Source: Sedimentisphaerales bacterium
GTDB taxonomy: Bacteria > Planctomycetota > Phycisphaerae > Sedimentisphaerales > SM23-30
Reading direction: 5' to 3'
DNA: 64,000 nucleotides
Assembly: GCA_963663965.2 (NCBI GenBank)
Contig: CAXXFK010000007.1
Location: forward strand, 15,564 to 79,563
In this document: one piece after another, positions 33,001-42,070 of the stretch
How the letters are laid out: each line of letters opens with the position of its first letter
Position numbering within the stretch: the stretch's first letter is position 1
Notes under the pieces: generated by a model
What the model was told of the DNA's origin: nothing
Databases searched by the model: none
The model's input: the letters and a program-made list of their open reading frames with translations, nothing else
Program-made: the position numbers and the translations under genes

Positions 33001-33797
33001 ACAACGCGTATTTCAATGGCCAGGTTGACCTGGCCGTATTTGACCGGCAATTAACACTTGGCGGTTCCTTGATTAAGCATATGCCCCGCCAGCTGGCAGA
33101 GTGGAATGCTGAAGACTGGGATGCCTGGGCGGAAGGCTCGACGCCGGAAAACACCTGGATCGAAAATGATTTTTCCCGCAAGGTTTTTGGCTTTTCATCG
33201 CTGAAATTTACCACCGATGGCGCGTTCGATACGTATATTCGTTATCCCAAATCTTACACGGCTTCCTGGGATTTGTCCGGCGATATTGGCATGTCGGTTT
33301 ATTTCTACGCGGAAAACGAAAACGGTTTTCAAAATGGCAGTCCCTGGATTCGACTACGGGATGCCAATGGCAATTTCGCTCAATATCAATATTATCGCGA
33401 CGGCAGTCTATATGAAATCCTGAATGATGTGCGCGGCCGCTGGCAATCCACCTATTTTTCCATGAACAGTCCCTCGGACACGCAAAACGGCTGGCGCCGA
33501 ACCGATTTTGGCCAGCCCGATATGTCCGCGATACAGTCCATAGAGATTCATGTGGATACCTGGGGCGACAGTTTCAAGCTTTGGGTGGATGGGCTTCAAT
33601 TTTATCTGCCCGACCAGGCCTTTTTTGACCTGAGCGATGACGGCCTGGTCGACATTAACGATCTGATGATTTTCTCTCAATACTGGCTGGAAGAAAACGT
33701 CTCGTGGCCCGATTGTCGGGGAGCGGATCAAAACCAGGACCATAGAATTGATTTTCATGACATGTTGTTTACCCAGCAGTTGTGGCTGACAGAATAA
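30006..33797 (+). CDS. 1263-aa secreted multidomain protein: PQQ/BamB-like beta-propeller, FN3-like, CARDB-like, HEXXH zincin-like region, carboxypeptidase-regulatory-like fold, C-terminal dockerin-like repeats
   Basis: Signal peptide. HEMGH at 32463-32477. EF-hand-like dockerin repeats DLSDDGLVDINDLMIF and DQNQDHRIDFHDM at about 33627-33770. Confidence 0.65.
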   Translation: MKYLGIRKSGSVSTLLLLGTLLSAAVQGASWPMKQRDMCHTGRADFVVPDTRLNGTFFNYPAWQTPSPGSPGEGSLGAASMSYFDGAGPEGADIVIGAYHWPKGVQGMDRHTGAVFWYGNPDGGESIAERTPAFSPDGQTIYVVNDATSGPLMAFETTTGPWPYRSNSGDSFPDHFEKGSPTIGPDGSIFNFAWDDRPYGALDEDGYLYEFFAAQTGVNSCYNEPSLYQYDNETLLVYGTGRGHYIRCWDAMGGYQWYECYTAVETDATITIDPANGNLYVAAGSNDIYVIGLDKDLNPLWSESKILVFDYVAGENQPQRAQSAGCLSHDGATYYFQTVGSMGTGCLYAINTADGTTKWAFPTQSKGWENHSSCPIITSNNVIVVGNNDSSTYYAILDNGQDDYTVLDTLQMAEGGNARSSATISPDGLLYLPGRTTWLVGNGGGKIPDYTVQNLFNAFNLTENTELTLYPPGGQHVEAGNQKVAVNWTPIPDPGEVFGHYAIYRDTEAFTSVAGKNPVAIIPNVNAGQCIDGTAVNGISYYYAVTVVSGGGAEITTIDSVGPATPFYELDMQFVTISRFPKFPRYCPTYTDRFISDPNGFGPYGFSSATGLDCGQNDETQHTPSPGQTMTYTATFRNRGSVVVDQAFDLVWSVDGQEARRQTINRAIQPGQTITDNFQLAWDDNFHDISAAIELEDDRTENNQFTSNTLAVGFLTYIDRSFYNQFRELWSLQYPDRQTDDLIDWLNNHMRRFNEMFETAGCDKRVHYDVLEFLGDTDLDPAVDTIYWAIFPFRYHKLDNDPRTSGYYRFADDIDYGLLHEMGHQLGMIDLYQLDAPSEWNEVSGMGYNGPDGLMRGCSDFISEHSAHAMNLWLHQAHGYYGQYLYRLPRVIQLRILDYQGKPLPDATVRMYQYCERPDIGKRITNQIKAQGITDSEGLFMLPNVAIDPTKVPPIGTGDVLNDNPFGYVAVVGTNGVLHFAVEYNGRIDYCWLDITEANNAYFNGQVDLAVFDRQLTLGGSLIKHMPRQLAEWNAEDWDAWAEGSTPENTWIENDFSRKVFGFSSLKFTTDGAFDTYIRYPKSYTASWDLSGDIGMSVYFYAENENGFQNGSPWIRLRDANGNFAQYQYYRDGSLYEILNDVRGRWQSTYFSMNSPSDTQNGWRRTDFGQPDMSAIQSIEIHVDTWGDSFKLWVDGLQFYLPDQAFFDLSDDGLVDINDLMIFSQYWLEENVSWPDCRGADQNQDHRIDFHDMLFTQQLWLTE

Positions 33798-33842
33798 GTT
33801 GGCGCGGGTAAAACTATTGGTGTGAGACCATCAAAAAGCAGT

Positions 33843-33888
33843 AAAAACCTCAAGGCGATGTTTTTCGTCGAGAGGTTTTTTATTTTTC
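33843..33888 (+). terminator. Probable rho-independent terminator
   Basis: AAAAACCTC (33843-33851) pairs with GAGGTTTTT (33872-33880), 20-nt loop, then TATTTTT. Confidence 0.5.
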
Positions 33889-33961
33889 CACAATTTGTGA
33901 CTCACCGGTAACATAATTGTAACATTTGATGGGTTAAATGATAGGTAATAATGGATTATTG

Positions 33962-33970
33962 TGTTATAGT
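33962..33970 (+). promoter_or_regulatory. Extended -10 element TGtTATAGT upstream of the 34000 gene
   Basis: TG at 33962-33963 and TATAGT at 33965-33970, 30 nt upstream of the ATG. There is no good -35. Confidence 0.3.
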
Positions 33971-33999
33971 AACTGGTTAGTCTTTTTAAGGAGCAAACA

Positions 34000-36027
34000 A
34001 TGTTAAGTAAACGAAGCAGAACATGGGTATTGGGATTGATTATTTTGTTGATGGCAGGATGCCTGGTATGGAGCGCTGATAGCGGCAGTAAGCTGCAGGA
34101 TGCCTTGTATCAGGAAGAAATTGAGGGCAATCTGGATGCCGCAATTAAGCTTTACAATGAGGTTGCCGGTGATACCACTGCGCGCCCTAATATCGCCGCG
34201 CAGGCCCTGTATCGTCTGGGCCTGTGCTATATGAAACAGCAGGATGAAATGCATGCCCGCCAAACCATGCAGACGTTGGTTGACCGTTATCCCGACCAAA
34301 CGGCTATGGTCGAAAAGGCGCAGGCGGTTCTTAATGAATTGATTTCCCCGGATCCGGCGGCGCTGATGCCGGAAGATACGATTGCCTATTGTGAAATTGG
34401 TAATCCGGGCAAGCAGGTTGAAACGATCGTTAATATGCTCAAGGGGACTCCGCTGGAAAACCCCCTGGCTTTAATTAATGGCGGCCAGCCGCAATCCGGT
34501 CAATCGGATCCCGCGGTAGCCTTGTTCAATCCCAGCATGTTGAATGAATTTAAAAAAATCCGCGGGTATGCCGCGGGCTTTATGGGAATGACTCGCGATG
34601 GCAATGGGAATGTTGTGCCCAATTTCGCGGTTGTTGTCTTTCCGGGGAAAAGCGATGCCTTGCGCGGGCTGCTGGCGGCGTTTGCCGGAATGAACGGCCA
34701 GCCCGACGTCACGATAGAGGGCATGTCGTCAATCCGCATTCAGGGAAATATTGGGTTTACCTACGACAATGATGTTATGATACTGGCCCAGCCCTTTGAG
34801 CGGCTCGAGTCGATGGTCAAATTATATAAAGGCACTTCCAAAAAAGCCTCGCTCCTGGAATCCGATCCTTCATTTGTTGCTTTAAGCCGCAAGCAAAGAG
34901 AGGACAATCTTTTGTCGTTATGGGTGAGCAAGCAAGGCATCAATGAAGCGATTAATCTGGCAGCGTCACAAGGTGGTTCGAATATTGATCCCTATTCATT
35001 AAAGATGATAAATTATATCAAGATGCTGGCAGACACCGACCATGCGGACAGCCTGGTCGCCCAGTTGTTTATTTCGGAGAACCTGATTAATGCCAACATT
35101 GACTTAACTTTTAGTAAAGATCATCAGAGCCTGCTTTATGGTTTGATTAATACTCCCAATATTTCCGATCGTGCCTTGTTAAATGTGCCGGAGAATGCCA
35201 TTGCGATCATGGCATTAGGGTTAAATCAGGCCGATACTACTTCGTCGGCCGCCGCCCGGCAGGCGGTTAAACGGGTTACCGGTCTTGATATCGGCCGGGA
35301 ACTATTCGACAACATTAATCAGGTTTCCTTGTTTGTTGTGCCGCCTACGCCGGCATCGAATCAGTTGTCTATTGTTCGGGTGACCAGCCCCATCTTGCCT
35401 TGCCTGGGATTGTCGTTTAGTAGTGACAACCCACAGAAGACCTATCAATTGTTTAAAACGTTGATGGAGGTCGCGGAACAGACAATGAAAGCGCAAATGG
35501 AAATAAAGAATGCGGACTGGAACCCGAACGACGAAAAATATTTATGCAGCGAGTTAGGAAACGATGGGTTGGCTTACTGGTACCTGACTCAAGCAGGTAA
35601 CAGTACGATCCTGACGATGAATCCGGAAATAATCAATGCTGCCAAAACCACCGCGAGCACTGGAAAAAATGTTTGTAACGCCAGCGTGTTGAAAGATGAA
35701 ATTAAAAGCCTGCCCCCTTCGGTCAGCAAGCTGGTTCTGATCAACGGAAGCGGCGCCATGGGGGTGGCGGCAGCTCATTTAGCCCATCAAGGCGGCAACC
35801 AGGGCCCGGTCCTGGGTCTGCTAAAGTCGCTGGCGCAGCTTTGTCCGGAATTGGCCGTGCGACTCTGCACGATTGAAGAAGATAATCGGTTTGGTCTTAA
35901 TCTGAAAATTAATCATATTCCCGCGGTCAGCGAGGCGTTTCCGGTTATTATGCAGCACTTAAATGGCGGTGGCGGACCGGCGACCGGTACAAATTCCGCT
36001 GAAGCGGGCGCTGAACCACAGCAATAA
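34000..36027 (+). CDS. Secreted TPR-containing hypothetical protein (possibly DUF3352-like C-terminal region)
   Basis: AAGGAG SD and a signal/anchor. TPR-like segment AAIKLYNEV...AQALYRLGLCYMKQQD...LVDRYPD. Confidence 0.5.
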   Translation: MLSKRSRTWVLGLIILLMAGCLVWSADSGSKLQDALYQEEIEGNLDAAIKLYNEVAGDTTARPNIAAQALYRLGLCYMKQQDEMHARQTMQTLVDRYPDQTAMVEKAQAVLNELISPDPAALMPEDTIAYCEIGNPGKQVETIVNMLKGTPLENPLALINGGQPQSGQSDPAVALFNPSMLNEFKKIRGYAAGFMGMTRDGNGNVVPNFAVVVFPGKSDALRGLLAAFAGMNGQPDVTIEGMSSIRIQGNIGFTYDNDVMILAQPFERLESMVKLYKGTSKKASLLESDPSFVALSRKQREDNLLSLWVSKQGINEAINLAASQGGSNIDPYSLKMINYIKMLADTDHADSLVAQLFISENLINANIDLTFSKDHQSLLYGLINTPNISDRALLNVPENAIAIMALGLNQADTTSSAAARQAVKRVTGLDIGRELFDNINQVSLFVVPPTPASNQLSIVRVTSPILPCLGLSFSSDNPQKTYQLFKTLMEVAEQTMKAQMEIKNADWNPNDEKYLCSELGNDGLAYWYLTQAGNSTILTMNPEIINAAKTTASTGKNVCNASVLKDEIKSLPPSVSKLVLINGSGAMGVAAAHLAHQGGNQGPVLGLLKSLAQLCPELAVRLCTIEEDNRFGLNLKINHIPAVSEAFPVIMQHLNGGGGPATGTNSAEAGAEPQQ

Positions 36028-36040
36028 TTTATCGCAGATA

Positions 36041-38059
36041 ATGTCTAGAATATTTAAAACCGAAAATAAACAATTACGGCTGCTGGCAATCGTGCTGGCA
36101 GCCGCAATTATTTTACCCAGTTCTTGCCTGCTCTGGTTCATGACGCGAACCATCCAAAATGAACGATTCGGCGTCATCGAGAGGGTGCGCAGACTATCCC
36201 AGAACCAAATCGATCTGATCGATAATGCGATTAAAACAGCGTGGATGCCGTTAGCGGCCGTGGTGGGTCATATTAGCGACAGCGATTCGAGGCGATGTTA
36301 TGCACGGCTTTTGAATCATCCAGCGATACAATGTGATGGAGCCCTTGTTTTTAGTCTGTCAGGCCAATTATTATACCCGGTTGTTTCTGATACTGTTATT
36401 GCACAAGATGATTCTCCCGGCGTTCTCAAGAATATCTGGAGTATCGAGTTTGTTAACCGGGACATAGAAAAAGCCGGAACGCTTTATCAACAGCTGGCGC
36501 GGCAGACAATCGATCCACTGGTTCGACAGAAGGCATTAGCGGCTCAGGCGCGCTGCCTGATGAAACGACAGCTTGAGCCGGAAGCAATGGCTATTTACCG
36601 ACAATTAGGCTGGCCGGTCTCTCAAAAAGAACCGATGGATTTTTCGATTGTCTGTCAGGCAAGACTTATGGTATTAAAAGCTGTTTGCAGTAATGAAAAC
36701 GAACCTAGAGTTGTTGCCGCCCAACAAATCATGGCGAACAAAAATATTGATGGCTCGGATCATTGGCTGGTTTTGCCGCTGGACCGGCAGGTGTTTTATC
36801 TGGAGAAAGCCATTGAAATCATCCGGCAGGCCGGCATGGGTGACATTCTGGCGAATGACCTGAACGCGGCGGAACGTGATGCCGCGGCAGGGAAATTGGC
36901 CCTGATGCTGGCTTATGAAACAGATATCATCCAATCGGCGCCGAATCTTGCCCACGGTCAGTTAACCCGGCTGTCTTCTAAAGAGGCGGTTTACGGAATT
37001 CCCGTTCGGAATCAGGCTCTATTAATAGTTTTGTTATACTCAGAGGACTCTCTGTTAAATCTAATTAAGCCGGCGGTTGCCGATTTGTTGCGGGATGATG
37101 TGGCGACTTGTGAAATATATAGTCCGGATCAGATCTTGCTTGAAAAGCAGGATCGTGTTTTGATAGAGCCTCTGCTGATTAAACAATTGGCGATCCCTTT
37201 TGCCGGCTGGGAGGTGAGATTATATTTGAACGATGATAACTATTATAAACAGCGCGTTCAGCAACAATCCCTGTTTTATCTCTGGACCGGCTTACTGGTT
37301 ATTGCCGCGATTGTTATTATTGGTATTCTAACCATGCGCATGGTTGGCCGGCAAATGCGTTTGAGTCAATTGAAAAACGATTTCATTGCGACGGTAACAC
37401 ATGAATTAAAAACCCCGCTGGCCTCAACACGCCTTCTGGTTGACACGCTGTTGGAGGGTCGGTATCGAGACCAGAATAAGGTTAATGAATATTTGCGCCT
37501 GATATCAAATGAAAATCAACGGTTGACGCGCCTGATAGAAAACTTTCTCACCTTCTCTCGAATGGAGCGCAATAAACAGGCGTTTGAATTTCTTCCTGAT
37601 CATCCGGAATCCATCGTTGGCGATGCCGTGGCTGCCATTCAAACCAAATATCATCACAATGAATGTCGTTTTAAGCAGGAAATCTCTGGGGAACTGTGTG
37701 AAGTTCTGGTTGATCATGACGCGATGGTAACGGTATTAATCAATCTGCTTGATAATGCCTGTAAATACACAACGAAAGAAGATAAGCGAATCCAACTGAA
37801 AGTATATCTCGAAGATCAATGGACTTGTTTTGCCGTTTCAGATAATGGCTGCGGTTTTTCGCGCAAGGTGGCCAGGCGATTATTTGATAAGTTTTTTCAG
37901 GCCGACAGGTCATTGACACGTCAGACGGAAGGATGTGGCCTGGGACTTAGTATTGTAAAATTTATCGTTGACGCGCATCATGGACAGATTAAAGTAACCA
38001 GTCAGCCGGGTATTGGCTCGACGTTTATCGTTAAAATTCCAACTTATGCTAAAACATAA
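36041..38059 (+). CDS. Sensor histidine kinase with a large periplasmic domain
   Basis: Start at ATG 36041 (MSRIF...). Two TM helices flank a ~400-aa domain. H-box THELKTPLAS and HATPase_c boxes (NLLDNACKYT, DNGCGF, GCGLGLSIV). Confidence 0.85.
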   Translation: MSRIFKTENKQLRLLAIVLAAAIILPSSCLLWFMTRTIQNERFGVIERVRRLSQNQIDLIDNAIKTAWMPLAAVVGHISDSDSRRCYARLLNHPAIQCDGALVFSLSGQLLYPVVSDTVIAQDDSPGVLKNIWSIEFVNRDIEKAGTLYQQLARQTIDPLVRQKALAAQARCLMKRQLEPEAMAIYRQLGWPVSQKEPMDFSIVCQARLMVLKAVCSNENEPRVVAAQQIMANKNIDGSDHWLVLPLDRQVFYLEKAIEIIRQAGMGDILANDLNAAERDAAAGKLALMLAYETDIIQSAPNLAHGQLTRLSSKEAVYGIPVRNQALLIVLLYSEDSLLNLIKPAVADLLRDDVATCEIYSPDQILLEKQDRVLIEPLLIKQLAIPFAGWEVRLYLNDDNYYKQRVQQQSLFYLWTGLLVIAAIVIIGILTMRMVGRQMRLSQLKNDFIATVTHELKTPLASTRLLVDTLLEGRYRDQNKVNEYLRLISNENQRLTRLIENFLTFSRMERNKQAFEFLPDHPESIVGDAVAAIQTKYHHNECRFKQEISGELCEVLVDHDAMVTVLINLLDNACKYTTKEDKRIQLKVYLEDQWTCFAVSDNGCGFSRKVARRLFDKFFQADRSLTRQTEGCGLGLSIVKFIVDAHHGQIKVTSQPGIGSTFIVKIPTYAKT

Positions 38060-38086
38060 ACAAGAATTCAACCGGCAACCAATCTT

Positions 38087-38767
38087 ATGGAAACAATTTT
38101 AGTTATTGAAGACGATCCCGTCATGCAGCGGGGCTTGATTGATAATTTTGAGTACCAGGGATATCGGGTCTATGGTGCGACAGATGGCGAAACCGGATTG
38201 AATATGGCCCTGGAACTCAAGCCCGACCTGATTTTGCTGGATATCATGCTGCCCGTTATTAACGGGTATGAGATTTGTCGTCTGATTCGCAAAGAAGAGC
38301 TGGATATGCCCATTATCATGCTGACGGCCAAAGGGCAGGAATCGGATATTATTCTGGGCCTGAATTTGGGCGCGGACGATTATGTTACCAAGCCATTTAG
38401 TATACGGGAATTGCTGGCAAGGGTGGAGGCGTTTCTGCGGCGGCGCCGGTCGGCGATGCCGACAATGATCGAATTCGGGTCCTGTCAATTGAATTTGTCG
38501 GCCCATACGTTCTTTAGAAACGGCGTCGAAGAGTCGTTGTCGCCCCGGGAATATAAGCTTCTGGAACTATTCGTTCAAAAGCCCAATCGGGCGCTGACGC
38601 GTAATGAGATATTAAACTGGGTTTGGGGATATGACAGCATTGTCACCTCGCGAACGATAGACCGGTTTATTAACACCTTGCGTAATAAAGTGGAACCAGA
38701 TCCCAGGCGCCCTTCTCATATAATTACGATTCGGGAAGTGGGTTACAAGTTTATATTAGATCCCTAA
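38087..38767 (+). CDS. OmpR/PhoB-family response regulator
   Basis: Receiver domain (VIEDD, DLILLDIMLP, LTAKG) plus a winged-helix output domain (LSPREYKLLELF..., IRGVGYKF-like IREVGYKF). Confidence 0.9.
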   Translation: METILVIEDDPVMQRGLIDNFEYQGYRVYGATDGETGLNMALELKPDLILLDIMLPVINGYEICRLIRKEELDMPIIMLTAKGQESDIILGLNLGADDYVTKPFSIRELLARVEAFLRRRRSAMPTMIEFGSCQLNLSAHTFFRNGVEESLSPREYKLLELFVQKPNRALTRNEILNWVWGYDSIVTSRTIDRFINTLRNKVEPDPRRPSHIITIREVGYKFILDP

Positions 38768-38967
38768 TTCTATTAAAAACATAGGGTTAGGCGTCCCAAG
38801 ACGAGGGGGTGGATAATGAAGAGGAGCTGGTCGGGCCGAATATCCTATTAGCCGGGATTATTTTATTGTGTCTCAGTGAGCGATACGATACATTTTTATA
38901 ATTATTACCCGCTACAGGACTTAGCGGGCTGTCATATTGATAAATGTTTATTACATGGAGGTCTATT

Positions 38968-40167
38968 GTGGCCAAGAAAAAAGAACTAAAAAGCGGCAAG
39001 AGCGGATCCTATTTATTTACCAGTGAATCTGTTGGTCGTGGACATCCTGATAAGGTAGCTGACCAGATATCAGATTCGATTCTGGATGCCATGCTGGAGC
39101 AGGATCCAACTTCCCGTGTCGCCTGTGAGACTCTTGTTACTACCGGGCTGGCAGTGATTGCCGGAGAAGTCACTACCCGAGCGGTTGTCGATATTCCGAG
39201 TATTGTCCGCCGGACACTGTGCGAAATTGGTTATACCAAGGCGGAATATGGCATTGATGGCAATAACTGCGCCATTCTTAACGTACTGGGGCGGCAATCG
39301 CCGGATATCAGCCAGGGAGTTACAGCGGGCCAGGGTAAATTTAAGGAACAAGGCGCCGGTGATCAAGGACTGATGTTCGGCTATGCCAGCAATGAAACGC
39401 CGGAGTTAATGCCGATGCCCATTCACCTGTCCCATCGGTTAGTAGAGCGCTATGCCATGTTGAGGAAAAAGAAGGCGTTTTCCTGGATGCGGCCGGATTG
39501 CAAGAGTCAGGTAACGATAGAATATTGCGATAAAAAACCAGTCAGGATTGATACCATTGTCATGTCCGTTCAGCATGATCCGTCGATTCCTTACAATAAG
39601 CTGCGTCAACAGGTCATTGACCATGTTATTATGCCGGTTCTTCCCAAGCGCATGGTTGACAGCAAGCTTAAATTCTATATTAATCCAACCGGGCGATTTG
39701 TTATCGGCGGCCCTCATGGCGATTGTGGATTGACAGGACGCAAAATTATCGTGGATACCTATGGCGGCGCCGGGTGTCACGGTGGCGGCGCTTTCAGCGG
39801 CAAGGATCCATCCAAGGTGGATCGTTCGGCGTCTTATATGGCCCGTTATGTTGCCAAGAATATCGTGGCTGCCAAACTGGCCCGCCGCTGTGAAATTCAA
39901 ATTGCTTATGCCATAGGGGTCGCGGAACCGGTTTCGGTATTGGTTGATACGGATGGCACCGGGATTATCTGTGATCAGGAGCTTACCCGTATTGTCCGGG
40001 AATTATTCCCATTGAAACCCGCGGGGATTATCAAGCATTTAAATCTGTTGCGTCCGATTTATAAAGAAACTGCGGCTCATGGTCATTTTGGCCGCAAGGG
40101 CGAAGGATTTACCTGGGAAAAGACTGATATGGCCGCCAAGTTGCGCAAGGCTGCCGGACTGAAGTAA
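38968..40167 (+). CDS. metK: S-adenosylmethionine synthetase
   Basis: [51 protein letters not shown] 38968 is preceded by GGAG 7 nt upstream. The track's ATG 38944 is an alternative start. Confidence 0.95.
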   Translation: MAKKKELKSGKSGSYLFTSESVGRGHPDKVADQISDSILDAMLEQDPTSRVACETLVTTGLAVIAGEVTTRAVVDIPSIVRRTLCEIGYTKAEYGIDGNNCAILNVLGRQSPDISQGVTAGQGKFKEQGAGDQGLMFGYASNETPELMPMPIHLSHRLVERYAMLRKKKAFSWMRPDCKSQVTIEYCDKKPVRIDTIVMSVQHDPSIPYNKLRQQVIDHVIMPVLPKRMVDSKLKFYINPTGRFVIGGPHGDCGLTGRKIIVDTYGGAGCHGGGAFSGKDPSKVDRSASYMARYVAKNIVAAKLARRCEIQIAYAIGVAEPVSVLVDTDGTGIICDQELTRIVRELFPLKPAGIIKHLNLLRPIYKETAAHGHFGRKGEGFTWEKTDMAAKLRKAAGLK

Positions 40168-40186
40168 TTTGTCATGATACAAAAAG

Positions 40187-40222
40187 AAGCCGGTCCGAAG
40201 TTTTTTTGGGCCGGCTTTTTTA
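40187..40222. terminator. Bidirectional terminator between metK and the convergent histidine kinase
   Basis: AAGCCGGTCC (40187-40196) pairs with GGGCCGGCTT (40208-40217) with one G-U. It is flanked by an A run upstream and TTTTT downstream. Confidence 0.7.
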
Positions 40223-42070
40223 TAGGGTATATTTGGCGGGTAATGTCACCATAAAGACCGCCCCCTGCCCCTCCTCGCCGCCGACACTTACGGTGCCTTC
40301 AAGGATTCCGACCAGCTCTCTGACAATGGCAAGTCCCAGTCCGACACCGGTATGTTCTCGTGTCACAGAGCCATCGAGTTGGCGGAATTTATCAAATATA
40401 ATTTCCCGATCCTTTTCGGGCACTCCCGGCCCGGTATCGCTGATCGCGACTTGCAGCCAGGGCCGACCAGATTCCTGATGAACGATGCGAGCCCGGATAT
40501 CGATGCGCCCATCCGGGGGGGTAAATTTTAATGCATTACTGAGAATGTTATATAAAATCTGTTGCAGTTTGCCCGCATCAGACTCAATGGTGGCGACATC
40601 TGATTCCAGATAAAGATTCAGTTTGAGATTTTTTTCTTCGGCTTGAGGCCGGGTGATATTCAGCAGGGTATCAACCACATCCCGGAACGAGAACCGGCTG
40701 ATATGCACTTCCACGCGCCCCGCCTCAATGCGCGCCAATTCCAGCAAGTCATTAATAATAGACAGGAGCAGTTGGCCGGATTCCATGATATTGTCGGAGT
40801 AGCGGATTTCTTTAGTATCGCCACGCCCCCGTGCTCTTTCATTCAGAATCTCGGCAAAGCCAATAATGGCGTTTAATGGGGTGCGCAATTCATGGGAAAC
40901 GTTGGCCAGGAATTCGCTTTTCAGCTTATTCGATTCATATAAGGCGATATTCCGGGCTTCGAGCTCGCCCAGCCGGGAATCCAGGGCGCGATATGATTCT
41001 CGCAACTGGTCATGAGTAATGCGCAGACGGGTCAGCATCTGATAAAAGGCGTCGGCAAGACGTTCGAATTCATCGCCGGTTTTAATGGTTTCGATTATTT
41101 TCAGGGCCGCTTCCCAGCTGTCTTCATGAGAACGGATATCTGATTCGGCGTCGGTAGAATTGTTGCCAGGTTCTTCATCGGCTTCTGCATCGTGCGGGCC
41201 TACCGTTACCTGGTCGGCCGCGTGGCGCAAGGCCCGGACGGGGCCGAGAATCACGCGCTGGGTAATCAGATAAAAAATTACAATCGCGCACAGACAAGAC
41301 AGAACGCCTCCCACGATGATGGCAATTCGATTGAATAACAGGGTGGTGGCCGTTTGACCGGCCGGCAACACTACCGAGATCAGGCCCACCAGCTGGCCTT
41401 CGGTAAAGATTTTGAGCTTGGGAGGGATCCGGCCTCCTTCTGTGACTTGAGATTCCAGCGTTGCGACAGCCTGGGCGCCGTGACAGAACAGGCAGCGCCC
41501 GTTAACTCGCAACGCACTGACATAGTGGCCCTGAACTTCACCCGGCAGAGAAGACCTGACGGTTTCTAAGAAATTAGGATCTTGTGGATCAATCCAGACA
41601 AAGTCCGGGGGTTGTTCCAATTGTGTAGGCCATTTGTTAAAAACAAACCGTTCATTTAGCGAGGGGTCTTCACGAAAATGTCGAATGCCGTTGCGAATGA
41701 AACCGTTTTGAGGAATATTCGACAAGTCATCTGGATCTTCATTCAGGCTCAGCCATTGGGTAAAAGGGGCTGGATTGCGGTTTTCGTTTTCTGGTTTTGG
41801 CTCTTCGTCATTAGTTGATTCAGACGATGGCATCAAGGGCCGGGGCCGGGACGGATCCTGATTGAGGTGCTGTTTAATAATATTTGAGACTTCGACCCGG
41901 GCCAGTTCGAGCTTGCCTTGTTCGACAAGCTTATCCATCCACCGGTAAGGGATGATCAGGCCGGCGCTGACCACCAGCAATACTGCCGCGGCGAATCCAA
42001 TGCGGCATTTCGTCGCCAGTGATAGCGAAAAGCGCTTGTCCGGATCGAATTTAAAAAACCATTTTACCAT
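40220..42070 (-). CDS. Sensor histidine kinase with a periplasmic CXXCH (haem-c) domain
   Basis: 616 aa. TM / ~200-aa periplasmic domain ending CLFCH (41480-41494) / TM. H-box SHELRTPLNAI and HATPase_c boxes. Confidence 0.8.
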   Translation of the reverse strand: MVKWFFKFDPDKRFSLSLATKCRIGFAAAVLLVVSAGLIIPYRWMDKLVEQGKLELARVEVSNIIKQHLNQDPSRPRPLMPSSESTNDEEPKPENENRNPAPFTQWLSLNEDPDDLSNIPQNGFIRNGIRHFREDPSLNERFVFNKWPTQLEQPPDFVWIDPQDPNFLETVRSSLPGEVQGHYVSALRVNGRCLFCHGAQAVATLESQVTEGGRIPPKLKIFTEGQLVGLISVVLPAGQTATTLLFNRIAIIVGGVLSCLCAIVIFYLITQRVILGPVRALRHAADQVTVGPHDAEADEEPGNNSTDAESDIRSHEDSWEAALKIIETIKTGDEFERLADAFYQMLTRLRITHDQLRESYRALDSRLGELEARNIALYESNKLKSEFLANVSHELRTPLNAIIGFAEILNERARGRGDTKEIRYSDNIMESGQLLLSIINDLLELARIEAGRVEVHISRFSFRDVVDTLLNITRPQAEEKNLKLNLYLESDVATIESDAGKLQQILYNILSNALKFTPPDGRIDIRARIVHQESGRPWLQVAISDTGPGVPEKDREIIFDKFRQLDGSVTREHTGVGLGLAIVRELVGILEGTVSVGGEEGQGAVFMVTLPAKYTL

